NCBI RefSeq assembly: GCF_016432865.1
Contig: NC_067402.1
Coordinates: 286,068,001 to 286,132,000 of the forward strand
Direction of reading: 5' to 3'
Source: Antechinus flavipes
Lineage: Eukaryota
Length of the DNA stretch: 64,000 nt
Shown here in pieces: positions 23,581-35,319 of this stretch (positions are counted from its first letter, which is position 1; each line of letters begins with the position of its first letter). The notes under the pieces were generated by a model. That model was not told the DNA's origin. It worked only from the letters and a program-made list of their open reading frames with translations, and searched no databases. Both the position numbers and the translations under genes were made by a program.

Positions 23581-24619
23581 ACTTCTTTTGCCATTTATTA
23601 AAGATGAAAGCAAATTTACAAAGTACTGAGATGGATGTGCTTGTTTGGTTTTACATAAAGAATTAAATCTAGGCAGAATATTTGATAATGCAGGACATGG
23701 AGCATCTTCAACATTTTTCCGAATTGATCGATATTTTTATTTCCTAATATTCAGAGTTGATTGATATTTTGATTTATAATAATAAAGTCTGAGAACATGG
23801 CTTCACCCATCGAGAAGGAAAGAAATAGATGATCAGTATCCATCATACAAAATATAGCGTCTGTTTTAAAGCTGAGAAAACCGAATTCCAGGGAGATTAG
23901 GTGCCATTCCCAAAACTAATCCAACTAATACACGCCAGAATCAGGATGGAACCTATTCAATGTCCTTTAACCCCAATATTGTCAGTGTTCCTATTTATCG
24001 TTCTAATATTCCATTATGTTCTTGGGTCATAACTTGTCTAATCATTCCCCAACAGATAAACACCCCTTAGCTTCCAAACGAGTAGCTATAAATATTTGTA
24101 TACACGTTTATCTTCCTCTTTGATTTTTTTTGGCGGGGAGTGATTCCCAATGACTTTCTAGAATGGCTAGACCAATTCACAGCTCCACTAACTCTGCATG
24201 GAGGTGCCTGTTTTCCAACAGCTGCTCCAACAACTGTTATTTTCCTTTGTCAGTTTGATGAGTCTCATTGGACACTTATGAGAGACAAGTTCTGTAAACT
24301 TTAAAATGGTCCAAGAGAGTTTTAGTAATGCCATCATTTGAAGCCTTTATCCAATTGGGGTAGCCAGGACAAGCTGCTTTGGGGCCCCTGCATCTCCTAT
24401 GTCCCATAGGTCCTATCCCTCCCAAGTCTGATCTTCCAGATGTGGGCATAAACATGGATCCAGTCGCATCTATCCTTCATACATATGTGCTTAGCTGTAT
24501 GGGACTTCAGAGGCTGACACACCCAACCGCCTCATTTTACAGAGGAGGAAACTGAGGCCCTGGGAGGGTTAGGATTAGGGCAAACGATTTACCCCAAACC
24601 ACACAGATCATAAGCAAAC

Positions 24620-24800
24620 CTTTTAAAAATAAACAAAATGTCTAGAAGAAGTGTTTGACCTATATCGGATTGCTTGCTGTCTTGGAGAGGGGGAGAGGAA
24701 AGGGAGGAAAATTTGGAACACAAGGTTTTGCAAAGGTGAAAGTTGGAAACTGTCTTTGAAAGATAAAATACTCTTAAAATTAGAAAAATAAACAAAAAAG
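24620..24800 (+). mobile_element. L1 3' end fragment
   Basis: 'gtgtttgacctatatcggattgcttgctgtc...aatttggaacacaaggttttgcaaaggtgaaagttggaaac'. Confidence 0.8.
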
Positions 24801-24844
24801 CACGTGTACACACCTACTGGGGAGCAGCTAAATGTCTCCATAGC

Positions 24845-25205
24845 GCATAGAGTGATGGGCTTGGAGTCAGAAAGATTATTTTGAAATAAAATAAAATAAA
24901 ATAAAAAGATTCATCTTGGTGATTTCAAATGTGGCCTCAGACTATCTGTGCGATCCTGGGTAAGTCACTTCACCTTGTTTGCCTCTGTTTCCTCATCTGT
25001 AAAACAAGTCGGAGAAGGAAATAGTAAACCACTCCAGTGTCTTTGTCAAGAAAACTTCAAAATAGGGTCACGAAGAAGTCATTTAACCTTGTTTGCCTCA
25101 GTTTCCTAATCTGTAAAATACACCGGAGAAGGAAACCGGCAAAGCAGTATCTCTGCCACATAAACCCCATATGAAGAATCAGACAGGAGTGAAAAACGAT
25201 CAGCC
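24845..25205 (+). mobile_element. MAR1-type CORE-SINE with RTE-derived tail, internally duplicated
   Basis: CORE 'aagtcacttcaccttgtttgcctctgtttcctcatctgtaaaa' followed by 'ggagaaggaaatagtaaaccactccagtgtctttgtcaagaaaac...gggtcacgaaga'. The CORE plus tail repeats again about 114 bp later. Confidence 0.75.
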
Positions 25206-26650
25206 ATTGAGACAAGCTACTGAGATACAGACACATCCAAACTGTGATTTGTACACACCTTGTGCATTCTTTCCCACCTCCTAATTTTCCTTGCACCATT
25301 TCTCTTGTCTGGGGGTTTCTCCTCTTTCCCATCTGACCTAACCTCCCGGTCTCTCAGTTCTCCATCCTTCTCCAGCAATCCTCCTCTATTTAGCCCAACC
25401 CAGCTCCATGAACATGGACAGAGAGAATGCTTTCTCACTGCTCGCCTTGTTGGCCAGGACCCCTCATTCTGCCCCAACCATGTGCTGGCTCCGATGCAGG
25501 AAAACAGACATCCGTAGTCCTATGTCCTGTGATTCCTGCCTCGACTTACTCCCCAGGTCACTTCATCCTTCCTCTACAGAGGCTCAACTTTCTTACTCAG
25601 AAATCACCATGTCCCTAGGGATTCCCGATTAGCTTGAAAGTAGAGTTCAAAATCCTCTATCCAACCCTATAATCGGATGCTTTTTTGTTCAGCCTTATCT
25701 CATCCCATATATCTCCCCTCCCTCCAGTATTTCCTATACTCTGGCATATTCTCTCTCTGCTTCTCCTCCTTTTGAATTGATACTCATCCTTTCTTTTTTC
25801 TTTTTAAAATTATTTTTATTTCTTATGATTAGTTCTAAATTTCCCCTTTCCACACCTCCCTCACCCATCAAGAAGGAAAGAAATATTTTGCTCTTTTCTG
25901 TGCATTTTAAAAACCGATTCACCGATATTTTTTTCTTCCATTTTATAGTATAATTATATCTTCATCCCAATTTCCTCCATTGATCTCCAAAACAAAAGGA
26001 AAATAAAAACCTTTCTTTGTGGTTAAACAAAACGTATTGGCCATGTCAGCAAATATGAACTACATTCTCTAGTTCACTGTCCTTCTGCTAAAAAAGGAGA
26101 AACATTCTGGATCATGGTGCAACTGGAACACTGTGGCTGGAACAGCTGGAGTTGTAGCGTGGTCCTGATGTTGCTTGGAGCTCTTGAGCGATCTAGAGCC
26201 CCAAAGGTTATATCTATATATAAATAACTAAATATAATAAATATATATAATATATATATTTTTCTTTTTCTCTCTTTGGTCACAGAAGAGTTACGCCATA
26301 CACCCAAATCCTCCTCTGGGAAACCAGCCAAGTAAAAGTGTCCCTAAATTTCCCTGGAAAGCTCTGTTACCTTTACCAAAATGCTTCCGTGTGGTGGGGC
26401 AGGGGATCTGGAGGCAGAAAAACCCGAGTTCAACTCTTGCCTTGCAGTTTCCCTGGGCAGTACCACAGTGGGTAAGTGACTTAAACGCTTCCTGCCTCAG
26501 TCTCCTCATCTGTAAGTGAGATAATAATCGTGAAGCGCTTAGCCCAGGGCCTGGCACATCGTAAGCACTGAATAAACGTGGACTGCTCTGAGACTCTCTG
26601 AAAGTGTGTCACTGTGTTACTTATCCAAAGAGGGACTGCAATATGCGAAA

Positions 26651-26790
26651 TGGCCACCAGATGGTGGCATATCCACACTGCAAACCAAGTCGTCCCGTTG
26701 GCTCCCTTATGGTTGCCTAAAGGGAAACGGCCTTCCTCTAAAAACAGAAAATAAAACCGCAGTGCTTCCGCAGGCCACCAGGGGGCTCCC
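26651..26790 (+). promoter_or_regulatory. Two same-orientation CTCF motif matches
   Basis: TGGCCACCAGATGGTGGCA 26651-26669 and AGGCCACCAGGGGGCTCCC 26772-26790, compared with consensus TGGCCACCAGGGGGCGCTA. Confidence 0.65.
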
Positions 26791-26879
26791 AGTCTGTACT
26801 CCGCTATCCGCTACCAAACCATGTGCTGAGGAGACCTGCATTGTTGTTATTCGCTAATGTGAACGCTTTAAGCTTTGCA

Positions 26880-26995
26880 AACTTATATATTCATTATATT
26901 TATATATATATATTATATATATATATACACACACTTATGCCTATATATATTGTATGCAATATAAATATATATAATACGTATAAATATAAATATAC
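26880..26995. repeat. (TA)n-type microsatellite; a similar tract lies at about 26210-26260
   Basis: Degenerate TA repeats. Confidence 0.85.
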
Positions 26996-27895
26996 TTGCT
27001 TTTGATCCTTTGAGTAGGTGCTATTATTTCCACCATTTTGCAAATGGTTTCCAGTTCACAAAAAAGAAATTGAGACTGGGGGAGGTTACACCAAACAGCC
27101 AGTCCGTGTCTGCGATGAGATCTGAGCTTGGGTCCTCCTGACCCCGGCTCCGGGATCTTAGTTTTTTAAACAGGAAAATCTATCACATTCCATAATTTTC
27201 CCCTCTCCGTTTGAACCATCCCTCTCCTTCCCCCCCACCTCGTTCATAAGCCCAGTCATATGACTTACTGGTTACTGGTTTACACAGTTTATTAGACAGA
27301 AGAAGAAACAGAAAAGAAATAGATCCAGGGCTCCCACCCGGAACATCCGCCCAATCATCATGTGAAATCCCCCTGCCCCTGAACGGCACAGAATCTCCAG
27401 ATCTGGTACCGTGGCTGGACTTTATCAAGAGAAACCGGGGGAAAACATAGGATTGGGAGAGAATAAAAGGCAGAAGAGAAGATTGCCTTCTCCATCTCAC
27501 AAGCTAATGAAGTTTTCAAAATGTATTCGCTTTGAACTATTGTCTCAATCTCCCTGTTGTGCTGGTCCCAAATGACTGAAAATGGAACTAAAAGCTGATA
27601 CTATGTTAAGGAGCCTCCTCCTTGCTGGTTAGAGTAGCATAATATTCTCTTCTTCAGATGGCAATGACTCTAGAACGTCATTGGAGAAGACAGGTACAGG
27701 CCAGAAGATTGGTCTAAACTGGATCATTTTGTCAGAAAACATGAACTGGTGGTTGTTTGGACAATGCAGAGCCGAGGTGAGATATAAAACGTCTAATTAA
27801 CTGTCCTGAAAACTGGTTTAAAGATCACCAGCAGCTAGGTAGAATAGTGCTCTATAAAATAAGCTGGAGAAGGAAATGGCAAATCACTACAGTGT

Positions 27896-28119
27896 NNNNN
27901 NNNNNNNNNNNNNNNNNNNNNNNNNNNNNNNNNNNNNNNNNNNNNNNNNNNNNNNNNNNNNNNNNNNNNNNNNNNNNNNNNNNNNNNNNNNNNNNNNNNN
28001 NNNNNNNNNNNNNNNNNNNNNNNNNNNNNNNNNNNNNNNNNNNNNNNNNNNNNNNNNNNNNNNNNNNNNNNNNNNNNNNNNNNNNNNNNNNNNNNNNNNN
28101 NNNNNNNNNNNNNNNNNNN
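27896..28119. other. Assembly gap (N run) following a MAR1/RTE-tail start
   Basis: N bases preceded by 'gctggagaaggaaatggcaaatcactacagtgt'. Confidence 1.
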
Positions 28120-28985
28120 TCCTCCCCTCCTCTCTATTTCTGTCTCTCTTTCTCTCTATATCTCTGTCTCTCTCTCTATCTTTCTGTCTCTGTCTCCCTT
28201 TCTTTCTTTCACCTGTGATTTCATTGATTCGGAAAATTAATTCCAGCTTGAAGGGTTAGGGTCTTTCTTCTATAGCGTTCAAAGCCACAGATAATTGCCT
28301 AGGATAGTGAGAGGCCAAGTGTCCTGTCGAGGTCACACAGACAGTATTGCAGATCCAAGACCGGTCTTGAATCTGGATTTATGTGACTCTGAAGCCAGCT
28401 GCCTCGTTATGGCAACTATGAAAGAAAAAGAAAAAAAGAACGGACTCACCCTGGGCTAAGGACAAAGAGAGAATGATGGACAACTGGAATCCACGTAACA
28501 TGGAGCATGTTGGATGGACTGTCTGGGAGATATTTATGGAAAGAAATGGACAAGAGTGCCAGAGGCGGAGAGAGTGATCTGGGGCCTTGGCAAAGATATT
28601 TATGTCAGTGAGATCAAAGATCCTTCGAGATCTGTCCAAAGGAGAAATGAGCTGCCTTAAGGGCGAGAGCTCCTCAAACTGAGACTGTCAAGGGGAGCCT
28701 GGAAGGAGATTTGTCAGAGATGCTCCAGGGGGCGGGGAAATTCCTGCCCAGGTCAAAATGGGACCCAGAGGTGGGTTCCAAGTCTGAGATTCCAGGCAAT
28801 TCAAATTCAGATTGGGAACCCAGGAGTCCTGGCTGCCAGTTCTCCCCATCCTCTCCTATTACCTGTCTAGAGCTCAGCCTCCCTTACCCTCTAGTCTCTT
28901 AGAGGGGGGGAAGAGGAGGGAGCATATAGTGGGAAAGCCAAGGAGAGAGCAGACACTGAGAGGTTAACTCCCAAACCAATCAGAC

Positions 28986-29156
28986 NNNNNNNNNNNNNNN
29001 NNNNNNNNNNNNNNNNNNNNNNNNNNNNNNNNNNNNNNNNNNNNNNNNNNNNNNNNNNNNNNNNNNNNNNNNNNNNNNNNNNNNNNNNNNNNNNNNNNNN
29101 NNNNNNNNNNNNNNNNNNNNNNNNNNNNNNNNNNNNNNNNNNNNNNNNNNNNNNNN
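28986..29156. other. Assembly gap (N run)
   Basis: N bases. Confidence 1.
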
Positions 29157-29937
29157 AAACTGAGAAAGAAGAAGCACTTCACTGGATGGAGAGAGAGTAA
29201 GAGTCCATTCTGGGAGAAGCAACAGGCAGAAAAAGGAAGGGAAAGGGAAAAGAGGGAGAGAGAAGGGTCAGGGAAAGCAAAAGTGAAGAACACGGGGGCG
29301 GTAGTGGAGGAAAAGGGAGGGAGGGAAGGATAGGAGATGGGGAAGAGAGAAGAAAAGGGGGAGGCAGGAAGAGGGGAACGATTCAAGGAGAGGGAGGGAG
29401 GAAACTGAGTAGGAGCCGGGTTAGGGAGAGAGAAAGACAGCGGAGGGGAAGGAGGGACGCTGAGGTGACTTGGAGACAGGACATCCCCAGGAGCCAGCGC
29501 AGGGAGGGGGTCTCCTTACTGCTTCTCTGCTCCAGGGACCGGGTGGGGCGCGGCTGCCGAGAGGTCGGAGGCGCGTTGCTGAGGTGGGGAAGGTGAGGGA
29601 GCCCAGGAGATGTAGGGAGACACTGGGGGGGTGCCAGCCGGCTGGGTTTGAGGGCAGCTGCCAGATGACGACGTCCCTCCTCCCCTGCCCGGGGGGCCAG
29701 CGGCTGCCTCCGGGGGTGGGGGAATGAACGGGGGGCCCCAGGGTCCCTGACCCCGCGCCTTGCCTCATCCCTGCTCACCTCAGGCTCCTCGGGGCTCTGC
29801 CTTTGGGGGTTAGCACCGTCAGGGTCCTTCACTGGCCCCTCTGCCACTTTCAGGTCCGGTCCTGCGCCCCAGAGGTGAGGGGCCGGGGCGGTGGGCAGTG
29901 GGGCTGCGCCCCCTTCTCCCCCCCCCCCAAGGTGGAG

Positions 29938-30290
29938 ATGCCAGACACTTGGAACGTGTCCTCAGAGGGCCCGGGCACCCAAGGGGCTGTGGGCATCGTG
30001 ATCCCGGTGGTCTTCGCCCTCATCTTCCTCCTGGGCACGGTGGGCAACGGGCTGGTGCTGGCCGGGCTGCTTCGACCCGGGCAGTCCAAGGGCAGCCCCA
30101 CCGACTTGTTCATCCTCAACCTGGCCGTGGCTGACCTGTGCTTCCTGGTGTGCTGCGTGCCCTTCCAGGCGGTGATCTACACCCTGGACAGCTGGCCTTT
30201 CGGGACCTTCGCCTGTAAGGCTGTGCACCTCCTCATCTATCTCACCATGTACGCCAGCAGCTTCACGCTGGCCGCCGTCTCCGTGGACAG
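29938..30290 (+). CDS. GALR3: Galanin receptor 3 coding exon 1 (N-terminus to TM3)
   Basis: [13 protein letters not shown]...[20 protein letters not shown]...[63 protein letters not shown](R). Donor AG|GTAAGG; a phase-2 intron splits the DRY motif. Confidence 0.96.
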
Positions 30291-30439
30291 GTAAGGGGCC
30301 GGACCTCCCCCGCCCAACAGCCAGCTTAGGGGCCGGGGGGGGGGCTGGGCAGCCAGCTCCCCTTGGGACGTCTCCGCCCTGTGGGAACCCGCTGGCAGCT
30401 GCGGGGCAGAATGGAAGAAATGCTGAATTTGTAAAGCAG

Positions 30440-30660
30440 AAAGCACTGATTAAGTGCCTACTGTGTGCAGGCATTGGCAAATAGCACTCATCTGAGGCTC
30501 ACAGCAAACCTATGAGATAGGTGCTATTATTATCCCCATTTTACAGGTGAGGAAACTGAGGCAAATAGGTTAAGTGACTTGCCCAGGGTCACACAGCTAG
30601 TACGTGAGGCCAAATTTGAACTCAGGGCTGGCGCTCTATGCGCCACCTAGCTGCCCTGCA
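30440..30660 (-). mobile_element. L2 tail plus marsupial CORE-SINE in the GALR3 intron
   Basis: 'ttaagtgcctactgtgtgc' then 'ttttacaggtgaggaaactgaggcaaataggttaagtgacttgcccagggtcacacagctag...gcgccacctagctgccc'. Confidence 0.75.
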
Positions 30661-30879
30661 AAGGTTTAAAAAGCATATGGCTCCTGCCTTCAGAGAGCTT
30701 ACAGTCTATTAGGGGGAAGAAATGGGGGCTCAGAATTCCCAGAACTCTGGCTTCATATGCTGTTCTGAGCTTGAGTGGGGTCCCTGCAGAGGCGGGGACA
30801 CGAGGCACTAAGGACCAGGGCTCTCTCTAAGGCAGTGCACAGGTCATTTAGCCTAGAGAGTGTCAGTCAGCTGGCTATA

Positions 30880-31110
30880 CTAATGAATGAGTGAAATGAT
30901 GGGTGGGGGGCTAGGGGGCTGAATGAATGAATGAGTAAATGAAATAATGAATGAATCTAGGGAGCTGAATGAATGAATGAATGAAATGATGGATGGAAAA
31001 CTAGAGGGCAGAATTAATGATAAGTGAATAAGTGAGTGAAATGATGGATGAGAATTTAGGGAGCTGAATGAATGAATGAATGAGTGAATAAAATGATGGA
31101 TGGGAGTTGG
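30880..31110. repeat. (TGAA)n-based compound repeat with about 45-55 bp higher-order units
   Basis: 'tagggagctgaatgaatgaatg...aaatgatggatg' recurs about 4 times. Confidence 0.85.
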
Positions 31111-31269
31111 AGAGATGAGTTCCAATTATTTATAAAATATGCACAATAAAGGCCCCTTCTTCCCAGGTTGTAAAATATTTGTTAATCCTCAATGCTCTAT
31201 AGAAATGTGGGCTCTTTACTCTGGAATCAGAGGACCTAGGGTGAAATCCTGCCCTGAGGCACATTACCT

Positions 31270-31500
31270 CGGTTATCTTGTGCCTCAGTTTCCTCCTCCT
31301 GAAATAAGGGGATCTGGTTTGGGGACACAGCAGATAGAGCTGAATCTGGTCAAAAGAACCTGAGTTCAAATTCAGCCTAGACACTTGGTAGCTGTGATTC
31401 TGGACAAATCACTTCACCCTGTGCCTCAGTTTCCTCCTCTGTAAAATGGGCTGGAGAAGGAAATGGCAAACCGCTCCCGTGTCTTTGTACAAAGCCATCT
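31270..31500 (+). mobile_element. MAR1/CORE-SINE
   Basis: 'gacctgagttcaaattcagcc...gtgcctcagtttcctcctctgtaaaatgggctggagaaggaaatggcaaacc'. Confidence 0.7.
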
Positions 31501-32039
31501 CCTCACTTCAACCTGGGAACTTTCTCCGGTTTCACAGTTTCCATCAGGCGCATCCACCAGCCATTTCTGGAGTATTTCATTGCAGGCAGGGCCCTTGCCT
31601 TGGTGCTGGGGGTGCAGAGAGGAAGAATAGCCCCCTGGGAGTTTCCAGTCGAAGCTAGGGCTTCGGCCCCTCAGATGCGGGCGCTCCCGCTGCTGATGGA
31701 GCCCGCTAAGTCTCCCAGAGTGTCCGAATTCTGCATCTCTCTTACAAGGATACTCCCTTCGGCCTCTCTAGGTGGCACTGAGTCATTCTCCAAATGATGG
31801 CATCCCCATTGCCGGGAAGTCACAGGTCCCTCCCCCGTCTTGAAAATAGAGAAACTGAGGCGTGAAATAAAAGCGAATGAGCCCCTCGAGCTCCAGATCC
31901 TTCCAATTGCCTCCCTGGTACATGTGACATGTGCTGAGAAGGGCACGGCCTTCCTGCCCACACTAAGGGAGCCAGAGAGGAGAGCAGGCCGACAAAGCAG
32001 GGATTCATGACCCGCCACCTCCTTCTTCTTTTTTTATGT

Positions 32040-32490
32040 GCTTTACTTGGGTTTTTATTTCTCTTTTTCATTAATAGCTTTTAACTTTTTATTAAAGCTT
32101 TTAATTTTTTAAAATATGTGCATGGATTTTTCACATTGATCTTGCAAAACCTTGTGTTTCAATCCCCCCCATCCCAACTCCCTCCCCTAGATGCTAAGTT
32201 ATCCAAAAAAAGTTTGGTTTTTTGGTAAAGCTTTTTATTTTCAAAACATGCGCATGGGTAATTTTTCAGTATTAACCCTTGCAAAACCTTGTGCTCCAAT
32301 TTCCCCCCTTCTCCCCACCCCTCCCCTAGATGGCAGGTAGTCTCATATATGTTAAACTTGTTAAAATAGATGTTAAATCCAATATATGCGTACATATTTA
32401 TACAGTTATTTCTCTGCACAAGAAAAATCAGATCAAATTGGGGGGGAAGAGAAACGAAGTCGCCAGCTTTTTATTTTTCCAAACACAAGC
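32040..32490 (-). mobile_element. Two stacked L1 3'-end fragments
   Basis: The reverse tail 'aaagcttttt..tttt..aaa.atg.gcatgg' occurs twice, near 32095 and near 32228. Confidence 0.75.
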
Positions 32491-32590
32491 AAAGCTAGCT
32501 TTCACCACTGACCCTTGCCAAGCCCGGGGTCCCCCCCCCCCCATCCGACGCGGGTTAAGGCGCGCTTCTGTCTCCCTCGCCCGCCCCCAG

Positions 32591-33347
32591 GTACCTGGCC
32601 ATCCGCCACCCTCTGCGCTCGCGCTCCCTGCGGACCTCCCGGAAGGCCTGGGCCGCCATCGGCCTGATCTGGCTGCTGGCCCTGCTCTTCTCGGGGCCGT
32701 ACTTCAGCTATTACTGGACGGTCCAGTACGGGCGGCTGGTGCTGTGCGTGCCGGGCTGGGAGGACGAGAGTCGCCGGGCCCTGGACCTGGTCACCTTCGC
32801 CGTGGGATACCTGCTGCCCGTGACCGTGGTCAGCCTGGCCTACGCGCGCACCCTGTGCTTCCTGTGGGCGGCCGTGGGCCCCAGGAGCGCGGCCTCGAGG
32901 GCCCGGCGCCGCGCCAAAGGCCGGGCCGGCCGCGCCATGCTGGCTGTGGCCGCCCTCTTCGGCCTCTGCTGGCTGCCCCACCACGTGGTCATCCTGTCCT
33001 TCTGGTTCGGCCACTTCCCCTTCAACTGGGCCACTTACGCCTGCCGCCTGGCGTCCCACTGCCTCTCCTACGCCAACTCCTGCCTCAACCCCCTCGTCTA
33101 CGCCCTGGCCTCCAAGCACTTCAGGAAGCGCTTCCGCCACCTCTGCCCCCCCTGCTGCCGCCGGCCGCCCCCCCGGGGCCTCCCAGCCCGAGGATCCGGC
33201 CCCGCAAAGGGGGCCAGGGCCCGCCGGCGGGTCCGCGTGGCGTCCCTCAGGCCCGCTCCCCTCCCCAGGAGGGACGCGCGTTCCGAGATTCCCCAGTCCC
33301 TCCACGGGGAGGGCAAAGAGAGGGAGCTGCTTCCCGGGGTCTGCTAG
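32591..33347 (+). CDS. GALR3: Galanin receptor 3 coding exon 2 (TM4-TM7 and C-tail)
   Basis: ccccag| (R)[15 protein letters not shown]...[25 protein letters not shown]...CWLPHH...[32 protein letters not shown]...*. Total 1110 nt = 369 aa plus stop. Synteny with GCAT and ANKRD54 supports GALR3 over GALR2. Confidence 0.96.
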
Positions 33348-33376
33348 AAGGGCGGAGAGGAGGGATCCCCCTCCCC

Positions 33377-33856
33377 GCAGTGAGGAGGGACACCGTCCCC
33401 TCCCCCCCCCCCCCCCCCCGCAGTGAGGAGGGACACCGCCCCGCCCCCCAGCAGTGAGGAGGGACACCATCCCCTTCCCACTCCCCCCCGCAGTGAGGAG
33501 GGACACCGCCCCGCCCCCCAGCAGTGAGGAGGGACACCATCCCCTTCCCACTCCCCCCCGCAGTGAGGAGGGACACCGCCCCGCCCCCCAGCAGTGAGGA
33601 GGGACACCGTCTCCTCCCCCCCCCCCCGCAGTGAGGAGGGACACCGCACCCCCCCTTGCAGTGAAGAGGGACACCAGCCCTACTCCCTGGGCAGCGAGGA
33701 GGGACACTGCCCCCCCCCCAGCAGTGAGGTGGGACACCATCCCCTTCCCACCCCCCCCCCCCCCCGCAGTGAGGAGGGACACCATCCCCTTCCCACCCCC
33801 CCCCACCCCCGCAGTGAGGAGGGACACTGCCCGCCCCCAGCAACGAGGAGGGATGC
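33377..33856 (+). repeat. GC-rich minisatellite, about 14 copies with core GCAGTGAGGAGGGACAC
   Basis: Core at 33377, 33420, 33451, 33490, 33521, 33560, 33591, 33628, 33658, 33691, 33721, 33766, 33811, and a degenerate copy at 33840. Confidence 0.95.
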
Positions 33857-33935
33857 CGGTTCGGATCTCAGCTTGGGCGTCAGCTTTTCCCCATCATTGC
33901 TCCCATCCTGGAAGGAGTCAGCGGAGTCCCGTGTG

Positions 33936-33941
33936 AATAAA
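33936..33941 (+). terminator. GALR3: Probable GALR3 polyadenylation signal
   Basis: First AATAAA I found after the stop codon at 33347. Confidence 0.7.
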
Positions 33942-34659
33942 CTCACCTGTGGAGGGAGAGGTGATGCCCCCAAAGTCTCGGCGGGAGCCGGTCGGGGAAA
34001 AGTTTAGGAGAAAAACTAGAGAGAAAAAAGTTTAGGAGAAAAACTACTTAAACTAGGGGACCGAGGGCTCGGAGACCCTGGTGCGGCATAGGGCCCAAGG
34101 ACTCATCTTCGTGCTTGTCTCATGTCCGGGAACCCACACAAAGTGCGCAAAAGTGTCTCCCCAATGGAGCCCTACAGAGGAAAGGATTCTTGAAGGAAAG
34201 CAGAAAACCAGACCCTCTTGGATGAGCCGCCATTAGTGCCCAGGAGGTGCAGGCACTCCTAGAATTAAACAGTCTCCCAGTCCTTGCAGAGGATGGGCTT
34301 CTGCCAGGGACTGGGACGTAGTTCGGGTCATGGATCTGAAGTTAGAAGCAAAGAGAGTAAATTGACTAAATAAAGAAAGTAAACTGAGTAAATTTGAGAA
34401 TTAAGGGAAGAGAAAGACTAGGGGGCCTGAGAAGAAAAAGGTTCCAAGAGAGGGTGTATTTAGGAATTGGGGGGGGTCCTGCTTCTTCAATTTGGGTCAA
34501 GTTTTATCCTGAATCCTGGTGCCCATCAGTGTATTGCGGGTTTGACCAGGTCAAACAACACAGCCTTTCTCTAAATCATTGATTGAATGGTCTATTTGTC
34601 TCTCAAACCCCTTCCTCCCACTCCCCACCTTCAAACCTCTGTTGATTATTACCAATGTA

Positions 34660-34805
34660 TCCTACATATATGTTTGTATTTTACCTCTCCCATTAGACTG
34701 TAAGCTCCTTGAGGGAAGAGTCTATATTTTGCCCTTCTTTGTATCCCCGGAGCTTAGTGCTGTGTCTGACAAATAGTAAGACCTTAATAAATGCATGTTA
34801 ACTGG
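34660..34805 (+). mobile_element. L2-type 3' end
   Basis: 'cccattagactgtaagctccttgaggg...gagcttagtgctgtgtctgacaaatagtaagaccttaataaatgc'. Confidence 0.7.
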
Positions 34806-34859
34806 AATAATGGATTGAAGGTAGTTTTTGACTCACTCTGGGAAAAGACAAAAACAGGT

Positions 34860-35210
34860 AACATTCACAATTTTATTTTTTTTTCTCAATAATATTCCTC
34901 TAAATACAAGTAAAGCTACTTTTCAGCATTCATTTTTATAAGATTTTGTGTTCCAGATTTTTCTCCCTCCCTCTCTTACCTCCCCCTTCCCCAAGATAGC
35001 AAGCAATCTGCTATAGGTTAAATAATTTTAAACATATTTCCAGATTTGTCATGTTGTACAAAAAAAAAATCAGACTAAAAGGGAAAAAATCATAAGGGAA
35101 AAAACCAATCAATCAAAGAAAAATACTCAGCTTCGATCCACCTTGAGTCTCCATAGTTCTTACTCTGGATGCAGATGGCACTTTCCATCCAAAGTTGGAT
35201 TGTCTTGGAC
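34860..35210 (-). mobile_element. L1 3' end fragment
   Basis: Reverse L1 tail 'gattttgtgttccagatttttctccctccc...ccaagatagcaagcaatc'. Confidence 0.7.
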
Positions 35211-35319
35211 ATTTATAATTTGCACAGGATTTCACAGGATTGAAATGGAGTTGGAGCTTTTGTTCCAGGATATGCCTCCTACCCCAAACCCTCACTAGTG
35301 TGAGGGAATCGGGCCCAAG

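Noticed and set aside
27200-27500. Possible reverse-oriented LTR ending 'catctcaca'
   Set aside because: No convincing 5' terminus or TSD found by eye; needs RepeatMasker.
32330-33827. 375-aa alternate-frame ORF and 441-aa antisense ORF over GALR3 exon 2
   Set aside because: Explained by GC3-rich codons and the minisatellite; no independent support.
33377-33856. Repeat-spacer look of the minisatellite (CRISPR-like)
   Set aside because: Mammalian context, spacers are related C-rich sequence, and there are no cas genes.
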